From positions 1 to 41,538 of the IMG/VR virus record IMGVR_UViG_3300001730_000004: a DNA stretch of 41,538 nt; one strand, 5' to 3'. Made by a program: the position numbers and the translations under genes. This document shows, piece after piece, positions 18,485-26,386 of this stretch; positions within the stretch are counted from its first letter, which is position 1, and each line of letters opens with the position of its first letter. The notes under the pieces were generated by a model, which was not told the DNA's origin, ran no database searches, and saw nothing but the letters and a program-made list of their open reading frames with translations. The stretch comes from a virus. Lineage: Duplodnaviria; Caudoviricetes.

Positions 18485-19233
18485 TGCACCGCGCCGCCGG
18501 AGCTCTGTTGGCCCAGGCCGCGCGTCGTGCGCGAGTGACGGGCTTCGACCCGTTGGGGGCGCAGCTCTATCTCTGGGGCCCGGAGGCGAGCAGCGTCACG
18601 CTCGACGGCTCGAGCGAGGTCACGGAGTGGCGCAACCTGGGCACGGCCGGCTCCGCGCTCGACGCCGTCCGCTCCACCGGTGCGGTGACGTACGTCCCCG
18701 GCTCCCACCTGGTGGTCCCGAGCGGGACGGCGTTCCTGAGCCGGCTCGCCGCTTCGGCGCTGGACGTGCCGGACGGCGGCGTGCTCGACGTGGTCGCCGT
18801 GATGAGCTCGACCGCGGCGAATGCCCAGAGGTTCTTGATCGGTGGCCAGGGTCAGACGCACTTCGCCTTGATCCCCCGCTGGTCCGGGCTGAGCGTCTTT
18901 CGCGTCTTCGAGGGGGGCACGACGCTGCAGGCGGTGGGAGCGAGCCTCACGAATGACGGGACGCTCTATTGCCAGCGGGGGCGCTTCTTCTCGCCGGACG
19001 GCGACGCGGCGTTCCTCAAGACGAACGACGTGGCCGGCGCCACCGCGAACGCCACCCTCGGGCCGATAGCCTTCGGCACCGACAAGCTGGCCATCTTCGC
19101 CGCGGCGCCGAGCGAGTTCGTCGGCTCCTGCTACGCGCTGATCGCGAAGGCCGGCGGCTTCTCTGTCGGCGAGCTCGCCACGCTGACCAGTCGCGTCAAC
19201 GAGGCGTTCGGTTTCAACCTGGCGAGCGTCTGA
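18484..19233 (+). CDS. Putative receptor-binding protein, LamG/concanavalin-like
   Basis: ATG overlaps the upstream stop; LYLW...SSVTLDG..VTEWRNLG resembles the N-terminal strand pattern of phage LamG-like domains. Confidence 0.45.
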   Translation: MHRAAGALLAQAARRARVTGFDPLGAQLYLWGPEASSVTLDGSSEVTEWRNLGTAGSALDAVRSTGAVTYVPGSHLVVPSGTAFLSRLAASALDVPDGGVLDVVAVMSSTAANAQRFLIGGQGQTHFALIPRWSGLSVFRVFEGGTTLQAVGASLTNDGTLYCQRGRFFSPDGDAAFLKTNDVAGATANATLGPIAFGTDKLAIFAAAPSEFVGSCYALIAKAGGFSVGELATLTSRVNEAFGFNLASV

Positions 19234-19246
19234 AGAGGAGAAACCC

Positions 19247-20089
19247 ATGAATGAGCCCACCTGCACCCCACGCGACGCCGTCTGCGACGCGGTCTACATC
19301 GAGGCGCTCAAGCGCGGCCTGAGCGAGCGGGAAGCGCACGCCGCGGCCGAGGACGTCGCCGACCGGCTCCGGCTGCCCGGGCAGTGCGACGCGCCCCCCG
19401 AGGCGGGCTTCTACGACCTGCGCGACGAGCAGGACTACTGGTATCCGGGAGGCCGCCGCAAGACGCTCATCCGGGGAAACCAGGTCGTCATGCGGGCGCC
19501 CGAGGAGGTCACCACCATCGTCGTGCACCAGACCGCGGCCGAGTACGGCGTGAGCCGCCGCGCGGTCGAGTTCGCGGGCGGCGACGTGGAGCTGGCGCGG
19601 GCCCGCCGCGCCCTCGACGTCGCGTGCCACGCCATGGCGTTCCGCGCGGGCTACTTCGTGGCGGCGCACCCGCTGCGCACCTACGTGCAGCATGCCGGCC
19701 GCTTCAACGGCTACTCGCTGGGGCTCGAGGTGGAGGGTCGATACCCCGGCCTCCTCGACGACCCCGACACGCTCCCGCGCGAGGACCTCCTCACGACCTG
19801 GGGCGGCTCCCCGTCTGAGCTGACCGAGGAGACCCTGATTGCGGCCCAGGCTGCGTTGACGTGGCTCGTCGACGAGGGGCGCCGCGAGGGCATGCCGATC
19901 CGCTATGTCGTCGCCCACCGGCAGTCGAGCGACAACCGGCGCTCCGACCCAGGCGAAGAGATCTGGCGCCGCCTCGTGCTCGAGTACGCCGTCGACGAGC
20001 TCGGGCTCGAGGCGCAGCGGGAGAGCCCCTGGCGCGAAGGCCGTCCGATCCCGACAGAGTGGGACCCGTCGGGGCTGGGTCCGTACTGA
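19247..20089 (+). CDS. Endolysin, N-acetylmuramoyl-L-alanine amidase (Amidase_2-like)
   Basis: RBS GAGGAG; IVVHQTA, HA..FN..SLGLEVEG and VAHRQ.....SDPG Zn-amidase motifs. Confidence 0.85.
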   Translation: MNEPTCTPRDAVCDAVYIEALKRGLSEREAHAAAEDVADRLRLPGQCDAPPEAGFYDLRDEQDYWYPGGRRKTLIRGNQVVMRAPEEVTTIVVHQTAAEYGVSRRAVEFAGGDVELARARRALDVACHAMAFRAGYFVAAHPLRTYVQHAGRFNGYSLGLEVEGRYPGLLDDPDTLPREDLLTTWGGSPSELTEETLIAAQAALTWLVDEGRREGMPIRYVVAHRQSSDNRRSDPGEEIWRRLVLEYAVDELGLEAQRESPWREGRPIPTEWDPSGLGPY

Positions 20090-20127
20090 AGCCCGCAGTG
20101 AGGAGCCGCATGGAAGAGGAGATCCAC

Positions 20128-20466
20128 ATGGACGACGACAGCCGGAAGCTCGCCCGAACGATCATCGGCGGGGTGGCGATCACCGTCATCACCGCCGTGC
20201 TGATCGGCGCCTTCGCGCAGTGGCGCAACAGCGCCGCCATCGAAGCGGCGACCGATCAGCGCGTCGGCGCCGTCGAAGCGCGCATGACGGCGCTCGAGGA
20301 GCGGTTCGACCACCTCGACGCGCTCGACAGGTCCGTCACCGCCCTCGGCACGAAGGTCGACACGTGGCGGCAGAGCGACACCACCACGCGCGCCCTCGAG
20401 CGCGCCCAGCTCGAGCAGCGGCTCTCGCGCATCGAGCAGGCCCTGGACCGGAGGCTGCGCCGGTAG
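20128..20466 (+). CDS. Membrane-anchored coiled-coil protein (holin- or i-spanin-like)
   Basis: RBS GAGGA (alternative ATG at 20110); one N-terminal TM segment (TIIGGVAITVITAVLIGAFA) followed by heptads; in the lysis cassette. Confidence 0.6.
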   Translation: MDDDSRKLARTIIGGVAITVITAVLIGAFAQWRNSAAIEAATDQRVGAVEARMTALEERFDHLDALDRSVTALGTKVDTWRQSDTTTRALERAQLEQRLSRIEQALDRRLRR

Positions 20467-20477
20467 GAGGCACGTCG

Positions 20478-20558
20478 AAGCGGGCCGCCGTCGCGTTCCC
20501 AACGACTTGCCCTCGTCCTCGGGGGCTCGACGGCGGCCCGCTTGGACGGGGGCGTCCA
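20478..20558 (+). promoter_or_regulatory. Structured intergenic element: 16-bp perfect inverted repeat enclosing two hairpins, plus a further hairpin
   Basis: AAGCGGGCCGCCGTCG (20478-20493) / CGACGGCGGCCCGCTT (20528-20543); TGGACG-GGGG-CGTCCA at 20543-20558. Confidence 0.55.
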
Positions 20559-20580
20559 TGCATCGAGACATCGAGACACC

Positions 20581-21309
20581 ATGACCAACCAGACCCTGAT
20601 GAAGCTGATCTCCACCGTCGCGGGCGTCCTGCTCGCGGCCGGCGGAGTCGTCCTGATCGTGACCGGGAACGCCGGCGAGCACTCGACGACCCTCCTACTC
20701 GCGGGCACCGGCCTCGTGACCGGAGGGGTGACGACCATGTTCCTGCCCCGAGTGACCGAACCCAAGAACGGCTCCGGCAGGCGCGGCGGTGGCGGCGCCG
20801 GGCCCCTCTCCATGCTCCTCGTGCTCGTGCTCGCCGCCGCGCTCCCCGGGTGCGGGGCGAGCTGGATTGAGCAGCACACGGCCGTCGCGCAAGGCATGCA
20901 GGACGCGCAGATCCTCAGCGAGCCGACGATCCGGCGGATGCGCCTGACCGCCATCGAAACGGCGGTGCGGCGCGCCCACGAGCAGGGCGCCTCCCTCGAG
21001 GAAGCGCAGGCCGCCCGCGCGCAGGCGGAGCGCGAGTGGCAGTGCGTGATCGACGCGCACCGCACCTACGGCTCCGCCGTCAGCGGCTACGTGGAGGCGC
21101 TCTGGCTCGCCCAGCAGACCGGCCGCGAGCCCGCCACCGGCGACGGCGACGGGCGCGTGACGGCCCTGGACTTCATCCCCGTGGCCCGCCGAGCGCTCGA
21201 CAAGTACCGAGCGATCGCGTCCTGCGCCAACACCCTCGAGGACGGCGCGCTGCCGGTGCCGGGCGCGCTCGATCTCGCGCCGCCGGCGTGGGGGCTGTCC
21301 CGTGGATGA
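20581..21309 (+). CDS. Lysis-cassette membrane protein: two TM segments plus internal lipobox
   Basis: Two hydrophobic segments, a Gly/Arg linker, then MLLVLVLAAALPG-C (Cys codon 20851) and a helical C-terminal part. Confidence 0.6.
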   Translation: MTNQTLMKLISTVAGVLLAAGGVVLIVTGNAGEHSTTLLLAGTGLVTGGVTTMFLPRVTEPKNGSGRRGGGGAGPLSMLLVLVLAAALPGCGASWIEQHTAVAQGMQDAQILSEPTIRRMRLTAIETAVRRAHEQGASLEEAQAARAQAEREWQCVIDAHRTYGSAVSGYVEALWLAQQTGREPATGDGDGRVTALDFIPVARRALDKYRAIASCANTLEDGALPVPGALDLAPPAWGLSRG

Positions 21310-21589
21310 GGCGCGCGCGATCATCGCGGACGTGCTCGAGGGGGCGGCGGCGACCACCGAGCGGATCGGCGCCGCTGTCCCGCTCGAGGTGCAGCTGATC
21401 ATGCGCCAGGGCGCGGAGGTGGCCCGGCTGGTGGCTGGGCTCGTCCGGACCCTGGGCGTGGGCAAGGCGCGCGCCGCGCTGGAGGAGCTCAAGCGGCGGG
21501 TCGACGCGCGCGAGGGCGTGATCACCGAGGCCGACCTGGCCGAAGACGACGCGTCGATCGACCGGCTGCTCGAGGAGCTCTACTCGTAG
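21302..21589 (+). CDS. Hypothetical helical protein, last gene of the late operon
   Basis: Overlaps the upstream stop; GC3-rich codon use. Confidence 0.65.
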   Translation: MDEARAIIADVLEGAAATTERIGAAVPLEVQLIMRQGAEVARLVAGLVRTLGVGKARAALEELKRRVDAREGVITEADLAEDDASIDRLLEELYS

Positions 21590-21596
21590 GCCATTC

Positions 21597-21690
21597 CCCG
21601 CGACTGCGGCGGAAACTCCCCGGACTCTCCCGCGACTGCGGCGGAAACTCCCGCGACCCGACCGCGGACAGCCTGCTGAAACCGCAGTCG
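21597..21690. repeat. 24-bp direct repeat with a downstream inverted partial copy
   Basis: CCCGCGACTGCGGCGGAAACTCCC at 21597-21620 and 21629-21652; CCGCAGTCG at 21682-21690 is complementary to the core. Confidence 0.8.
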
Positions 21691-21842
21691 TCGAGCCATC
21701 GCTTCCGACGAGGGTAGCTCGCGGGTTAGAGGGGAGACCTCGTCCCGGGCGGCCTTGGGGGGCATTGGCATTTGCTGTCTGTCGGCCACGGGTCAAAGGT
21801 GGCCCCGGCGCTGGATGCGCGCAACCGCGCCGCTCGTCGAGA

Positions 21843-22016
21843 TCAGCCACCCGCCTCGCTCTTGATCAGCTGCGCGCGAAGCGCGAGCCACTCCTCCTCG
21901 AGGGCGTCCGCGCGCTCGTCGTCTCCGAGCGCGCGGGCACGCTGCGCCGCCTCACTCAGCGTCCGCAAGCGGTCCCAGGTGTTCCCCGGATCGGGATCGG
22001 TGTCCTTTACTCCCAA
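21843..22016 (-). CDS. Small hypothetical helical protein (57 aa, below the ORF-track cutoff)
   Basis: TTG start; translates LGVKDTDPDPGNTWDRLRTLSEAAQRARALGDDERADALEEEWLALRAQLIKSEAGG; start uncertain. Confidence 0.35.
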   Translation of the reverse strand: MGVKDTDPDPGNTWDRLRTLSEAAQRARALGDDERADALEEEWLALRAQLIKSEAGG

Positions 22017-22283
22017 CGACGAGACGATAGCAGCCTCGGCTCCGGACTACCGCCAGGGGTCATCCTCGGCCGGCCAGGGGGCCGGGGGGTGTTCTTCTTC
22101 GCCGTGGTAGGGGTCCACGCCGGAAGGGACGCAGGCGAGCGGTGCTTTCTGACGGAAGCGGCGGGGAGGTGTCCATCGAAGTGTCCATTCCGTCGAGCCA
22201 CAGCGCGTTGGCACGCAACACCGTGGGACGCTAACGTGTTGTATTCATTGGAAATGCGTAGTAGCTCTGGGGCCGGCTGTGAC

Positions 22284-22327
22284 CTTCCCAAGCTGAATGT
22301 CGTCGGTTCGAGCCCGATCGCCCGCTC
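22284..22327 (+). tRNA. 3' half of tRNA-Gly(CCC), att core (not a complete tRNA)
   Basis: Anticodon loop TTCCCAA, 3' stem GCTGA, variable loop ATGTC, T-arm GTCGG-TTCGAGC-CCGAT, acceptor strand CGCCCGC-T. No matching 5' half upstream. Confidence 0.85.
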
Positions 22328-22349
22328 AACAGATTTCGCTAGTTCTTTC

Positions 22350-22388
22350 GCCCGGTTGAGGTTGCCCCCTCAGCCGGGCTTCTTCGTT
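22350..22388 (+). terminator. Hairpin terminator downstream of the att core, overlapping the integrase stop
   Basis: GCCCGGTTGAGG-ttgccc-CCTCAGCCGGGC followed by TTCTTCGTT. Confidence 0.6.
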
Positions 22389-23587
22389 CCGTCCGCCGAA
22401 GTGTCCATCGAAGTGTCCATTCCGTCGGCCTGGTCGCTCTCGCCGCCACCGAGGACGAGCCGGAGCGCCCCGTCGAGCGCCGTGCGCTTCTCCTCGAGCT
22501 CCACGTGCGAGTAGTGCGTGGTCATCTCCTCGGTGACGTGCCCCGTCATCGCGCGGACGACGTCCCCCGCAGCGACCTGGCGCGCCAGGTTGTTGAACGA
22601 GCGGCGCAGGCCGTGAGGGCTCACCCACCGGCCGACCGAAGCGGCATCGAGGGCCTTTGCCAACGGCTTGCGAATCACGCTCGCGTCGACGTGGGGGCGA
22701 CCAACGCGGGAAGGAAACACCCACCCCGCCGACAGCCCCTTCGCCTGTCGTTCGACGAGCGCTCGGCGGTGGGCCTTGAGGACCTGCGCCAGGAGCCGCG
22801 GCAAGGGCAGCTCCTTGATCACGCTCGTCTTCGTCTCGTCGATGTGGCCGCGCCAATGCGCGTCTTCGATGCGGATCAACCCAGCCTCGAAGTCGACGTT
22901 GCTCCACTTCAGCGCGGTCGCTTCCCCCCAGCGCGCGCCGGTGACGGCGAGCGTGAGAACGAGCGGGTACCACTGAGGCGTGAGCTCGCGAAGCTGCTCG
23001 AGCACGGCGGCGAGCTCGGCGGCGGTGAGACGCTGCGCTGGGCAGCGAGGAGAGGAGGTCTCGACGACCTTGGTCTTGCGACGGCGTGCGTGCCTCGAGA
23101 CCCGGACGCTGCTGACCCGGGCCGCGGGGTTGTGCATGCCGCGCTCGTGCATGACGTCCGCCAGCATGCTCTTCAGCACGCGGAGGCGTCCGTTGATGGT
23201 GTCCGGCGCCGCGTCCATCGCGTCGCGCCACCCGACCACATCGGTCGCGGTGAGCGCGTCGAGGTACACGTCGCCGAACGCGGGGAGGATGTGCTGATCG
23301 AGCACGTCCGCGTAATGCCTACGCGTGCTCGGCCTCAGCGTCGGCAGCTTCGAACGCAGCCACGACATCGCGACAGCTGCGACGCGCTCCCGGGCGCGCT
23401 GAGCCCTGCCCTTCCCCGCTTCGCCGCGGAGCTCGGCTCGGAGATCCGCGGCCTCCGCTGCGCTTCGAGCTTCCACGATCTTGCGCTTCCTCTTCCGTTT
23501 GCCCGTCTGCGGGCAGACCACCGAGACGTCGAGGCTGTACCTCCCGTCCGGCAGTCGCTGTACCCCCGGGTGCTTCGTCTTTCGCAT
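22370..23587 (-). CDS. int: Tyrosine recombinase / phage integrase
   Basis: Catalytic set TGARWGE (R), TKT (K), HGLRR, GH and HY; N-terminal arm-binding (GRY...GKRKRK) and SAM-like domains. Confidence 0.95.
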   Translation of the reverse strand: MRKTKHPGVQRLPDGRYSLDVSVVCPQTGKRKRKRKIVEARSAAEAADLRAELRGEAGKGRAQRARERVAAVAMSWLRSKLPTLRPSTRRHYADVLDQHILPAFGDVYLDALTATDVVGWRDAMDAAPDTINGRLRVLKSMLADVMHERGMHNPAARVSSVRVSRHARRRKTKVVETSSPRCPAQRLTAAELAAVLEQLRELTPQWYPLVLTLAVTGARWGEATALKWSNVDFEAGLIRIEDAHWRGHIDETKTSVIKELPLPRLLAQVLKAHRRALVERQAKGLSAGWVFPSRVGRPHVDASVIRKPLAKALDAASVGRWVSPHGLRRSFNNLARQVAAGDVVRAMTGHVTEEMTTHYSHVELEEKRTALDGALRLVLGGGESDQADGMDTSMDTSADGTKKPG

Positions 23588-23864
23588 GAGCTTCTCCCAT
23601 GCCCCGAGGCGCTGCGTGCCGGTCGGGAGCGTACCGCCGGGACCGGGCCACGAGGAAGGCCTCAAGCGTGGCGAGGCGGAACATGTACTGGCCGCGACTC
23701 GCGCGGCCTTCGTCCGGCAGTTCCCGCCGGCTCACGAGAGTGCGAATCCCCGAAGGCGTCATGCGGAGGAAGGCAGCGGCCTCCTCGGTGTCGAGCCACC
23801 CCAACGCCCGAGCGCGCTCGAGACGCTGAGCGTCGACGCTGGCGCACGCACTCGAGTTCGTCAT
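23319..23864 (-). CDS. Excisionase-like HTH (HTH_17/MerR-type) whose frame runs on into int
   Basis: ATGA-coupled to the upstream gene; WLDTEEAAAFLRMTPSGIRTLVSRRELP...YMF winged-HTH pattern; next to the integrase. Confidence 0.7.
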   Translation of the reverse strand: MTNSSACASVDAQRLERARALGWLDTEEAAAFLRMTPSGIRTLVSRRELPDEGRASRGQYMFRLATLEAFLVARSRRYAPDRHAAPRGMGEAHAKDEAPGGTATAGREVQPRRLGGLPADGQTEEEAQDRGSSKRSGGRGSPSRAPRRSGEGQGSARPGARRSCRDVVAAFEAADAEAEHA

Positions 23865-24625
23865 CCCCAGGCCCCTTCCATCCGGCAGAGCCCGACGCGG
23901 TGGCAGTCCTCCGTCGGTCGCGGTTGGCCGAGCTGTTTGCACACACACCCGAACGGGGCCCGCTCGCGGCTCGCGCGCTCGGCCACGGACGCCTCCTTCC
24001 CCGCCTCGTGTCCGCGGCGCCCCAGAGCAGCGAGCTCGACGAGGCGCCTGAGGGCAGCCTGCGCGTAGTACAGGCGCGCGTCGATCACGCGCCCCATCCC
24101 GGCCAGCGTCTCCGGGTCGAAACCCGCATCGAACAGGACCCGCTTGGCCCCGTCGACGTCACCCAGCTGCTGTACGAGCGAGATCGCCTCACGCACTGCG
24201 CTGATCGATTCGTCCGGGTTCGCGAACTCCGCGAGCAGGTCAGCGAGCATCACGTCGCAGTCGACGTCGTAGCCAGCATGCGACCTCCGCTCGCCCTCCG
24301 CGCACTTCGGCGCGAGGTAGTCGAGGTGCGCACCGGCAAGCGCGTGCACCGCGCTCTCCATGTCCGGCTCGTGGATCGCGAAGATGCACGGCTGGATGTC
24401 GCCGTGCACCAACAGCCGGCCGTACCTGCACCACAGCACCTCGGTCGCGTAGAACGACGATCCCCTCCGCCGCAGGTGCGCGCGCCCCGACTGCCACAGG
24501 CCGACGCCGGCGCCGTGCAGGCCCACATCGCGCAGGCCCACTTTCGACGCCAGTTCATGCTCGGCGAACGCGTCCTCGGCGAGCTTCCGCAGGTCCGCGT
24601 CCCTCTTCTCCTTCGTCCGGTTCAT
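23861..24625 (-). CDS. Hypothetical protein
   Basis: 254-aa ORF with protein-like composition, coupled to the xis-like gene. Confidence 0.7.
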   Translation of the reverse strand: MNRTKEKRDADLRKLAEDAFAEHELASKVGLRDVGLHGAGVGLWQSGRAHLRRRGSSFYATEVLWCRYGRLLVHGDIQPCIFAIHEPDMESAVHALAGAHLDYLAPKCAEGERRSHAGYDVDCDVMLADLLAEFANPDESISAVREAISLVQQLGDVDGAKRVLFDAGFDPETLAGMGRVIDARLYYAQAALRRLVELAALGRRGHEAGKEASVAERASRERAPFGCVCKQLGQPRPTEDCHRVGLCRMEGAWG

Positions 24626-24662
24626 AGCGAGCCCGCCGCCGTTTCAAAGGCGCTTCCGGCGC

Positions 24663-26366
24663 TCACGACGCGGCCTCCGGCGCCTTTCGCTTAGGGCGCT
24701 TCTTCGTCGTGCTCTTCTTTGCGGCCTTGCTCTTCGCGGCCTTCGCGTTCGCCTTCTCCTCCTCGAGCGCGGCGAGCGCGGCCTTCTCGTTGGCGAGCCA
24801 GTCCACCCCGAGGTGATCGAGCAGCTCGGCGCCGAGCGACCGCTCACCCTCCGGGCCCGGCTCGGCGAGCGGGTTGCTCCGCACGACGATCTCGAGCGCC
24901 AGCGCCACGAGCTGCGCCCGGTCGGTCGTCGAACGGACCCACGCTGGCAGCGCTTCGCACTGCGCGCCGCCGAACGTGTCGAGCTGCACCGGCAGCCCGC
25001 GCGCCTCGGCCACGGCCCTGAGTTCGTCGCCTTGCAGCTGCAGGCCCTGGAGCGCGTCCTGGACCAGCCAACGCAGCGCCTGGTCCAGCCCCGCCTGGCC
25101 GACCTGGGCGCCGGCGAGCGTGCCGTTGGCGACGCCGTCGCGCAGCTCGGCCACGCTCGCCTCGAACGCCTGATCTTTCGCCTGCCTCACGAGCTTCTCT
25201 CTGCGGCGCCGCGCGCGTTCGGCCTTCTCCAGCGCCGAGAGCTCGCGCTTCTTCCCCGCCAGGCTCGGCGGGTCGCTCTTGCGCGGCTCCTCCCGCAGCA
25301 CGCGCTTGACGTCGGCTGGCTTGACCAGCTCCACGATCTCGCCCGTGTGTGGGTTCTTGGCGAGGGTCCGCTCCACGTCATCGACGCGCTTGCCCAGGAC
25401 TTCGGCGGTCGTCTTCGACGTCTCGTAGCTGGGCCGCTGCCCGAGCTCGAGGAACCCCTTCGGCTGTCCGCCATAGGGCCCGTAGATCTCCCTCGACTGC
25501 TCTTCGGTGAGCACCGCGAGCCCGCGCTTCTTCGCCTCGGCCTTGGTGCGCCGCCAGAGCGCGCTCTTCTTCTTGTCCCAGCACTTCGCGTCGAGACAGC
25601 GATCCTCGCCCCGGTCCTCGCCCGCGAACAGGTAGGCTTGAGCACTGCTGCGCTTCGGGCAGCTTGAGCACGCGCCCGCGGCCTTCACCAGCGTCTCGTC
25701 GTCGAGCGGCCACTGCGCCGCGCTGAGCCGCAGCATGAAGTCGCGCTCGAGGAAGCGTCGTGCGGAGTCCACCGTCGTGTGCCAGTGCTGCCGCACGAGA
25801 GCCTTGGTCGCCGCCGCCTGCACCTTCGGGTCGGGGAGCTTCGCGAGCTCGCGCGCCACGCCCAGGCCGATCGTCCCGTCGGCCACGAGCTTGCGCGCCG
25901 CCGGGCACAGCCCCGCCAGCGCGAGCCGCCGGTAGACGGTCGCCTCCGACTGGCCGACGCGAGCGCCGATCTCCGCGACGCTCAGCCCGTGCGTGTCGCG
26001 GAGCGCCGCGTAGGCGTCCGCCGCCTCGAGGTCGCCCACGCTCTTTCGCTGCTCGTTCTCGACGAGCTGCATCGCGAGGACCTCCTCGTCGGTCGGCGCC
26101 CCGACCGTGACGCGCACGAGGGGGTCCTCGCCTTCGTAGAGCTGCTCGAGCGCACGGCGCCGCCGCTCGCCGGCGACAACTTCATGCGTGCCGTCCGGAC
26201 TCTCGCGCGTCCAGAGGCGCGTCATGAGTCCGTTCGCCGCGATGGAGGCGGCGAGCCCGTCGATGTCCTCGTAGACGGTGCGCGGGTTGGTGGGGCTCGG
26301 GCGCAGCGCCGACAGCCTCACGTCCTTGTCCTCGCCTCGATAGATCGGTCCCTTTTCCTTTTGCAT
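24663..26366 (-). CDS. ParB/RepB/Spo0J-family protein with Cys cluster and Lys-rich tail
   Basis: RBS GGAGG; NPR, LAASI...G, VVAGERRRRA, ENEQR and HTH motifs; GACSSCPKR...CLDAKCW. Confidence 0.85.
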   Translation of the reverse strand: MQKEKGPIYRGEDKDVRLSALRPSPTNPRTVYEDIDGLAASIAANGLMTRLWTRESPDGTHEVVAGERRRRALEQLYEGEDPLVRVTVGAPTDEEVLAMQLVENEQRKSVGDLEAADAYAALRDTHGLSVAEIGARVGQSEATVYRRLALAGLCPAARKLVADGTIGLGVARELAKLPDPKVQAAATKALVRQHWHTTVDSARRFLERDFMLRLSAAQWPLDDETLVKAAGACSSCPKRSSAQAYLFAGEDRGEDRCLDAKCWDKKKSALWRRTKAEAKKRGLAVLTEEQSREIYGPYGGQPKGFLELGQRPSYETSKTTAEVLGKRVDDVERTLAKNPHTGEIVELVKPADVKRVLREEPRKSDPPSLAGKKRELSALEKAERARRRREKLVRQAKDQAFEASVAELRDGVANGTLAGAQVGQAGLDQALRWLVQDALQGLQLQGDELRAVAEARGLPVQLDTFGGAQCEALPAWVRSTTDRAQLVALALEIVVRSNPLAEPGPEGERSLGAELLDHLGVDWLANEKAALAALEEEKANAKAAKSKAAKKSTTKKRPKRKAPEAAS

Positions 26367-26386
26367 CGTCCCTCCAGGTGGCTCGC

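Larger units (their letters stand above)
22169..22427. mobile_element. attP site: tRNA-Gly core flanked by integrase arm-type repeats
   Basis: Identical 27-bp GTGTCCATCGAAGTGTCCATTCCGTCG at 22169-22195 and 22401-22427 (each with two GTGTCCAT); IHF-like TAACGTGTTG at 22232; adjacent to the integrase 3' end. Confidence 0.85.

Noticed and set aside
17407-19233. Diversity-generating retroelement or invertible fibre cassette
   Set aside because: No reverse transcriptase, invertase or template/variable repeat pair was seen.
271-21525. Long alternative-frame and antisense ORFs (e.g. 271-2358, 3424-5370, 8270-10918, 15498-17480)
   Set aside because: Arg/Ala/Pro/Gly-rich shadows expected at this GC content, overlapping well-supported genes.
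21597-21657. Mini CRISPR array
   Set aside because: Only two full 24-bp copies separated by 8 bp; no spacer-length unique sequence and no cas genes.
22047-22049. Genome-wide TAG recoding
   Set aside because: TAG is the normal stop of terL, sheath, chaperone and primase genes, and no suppressor tRNA is present.
22250-22330. Complete phage-encoded tRNA-Gly gene
   Set aside because: No 5' acceptor strand (GCGGGCG), D-arm or 5' anticodon stem upstream; only the 3' half is present, as expected for an att core.
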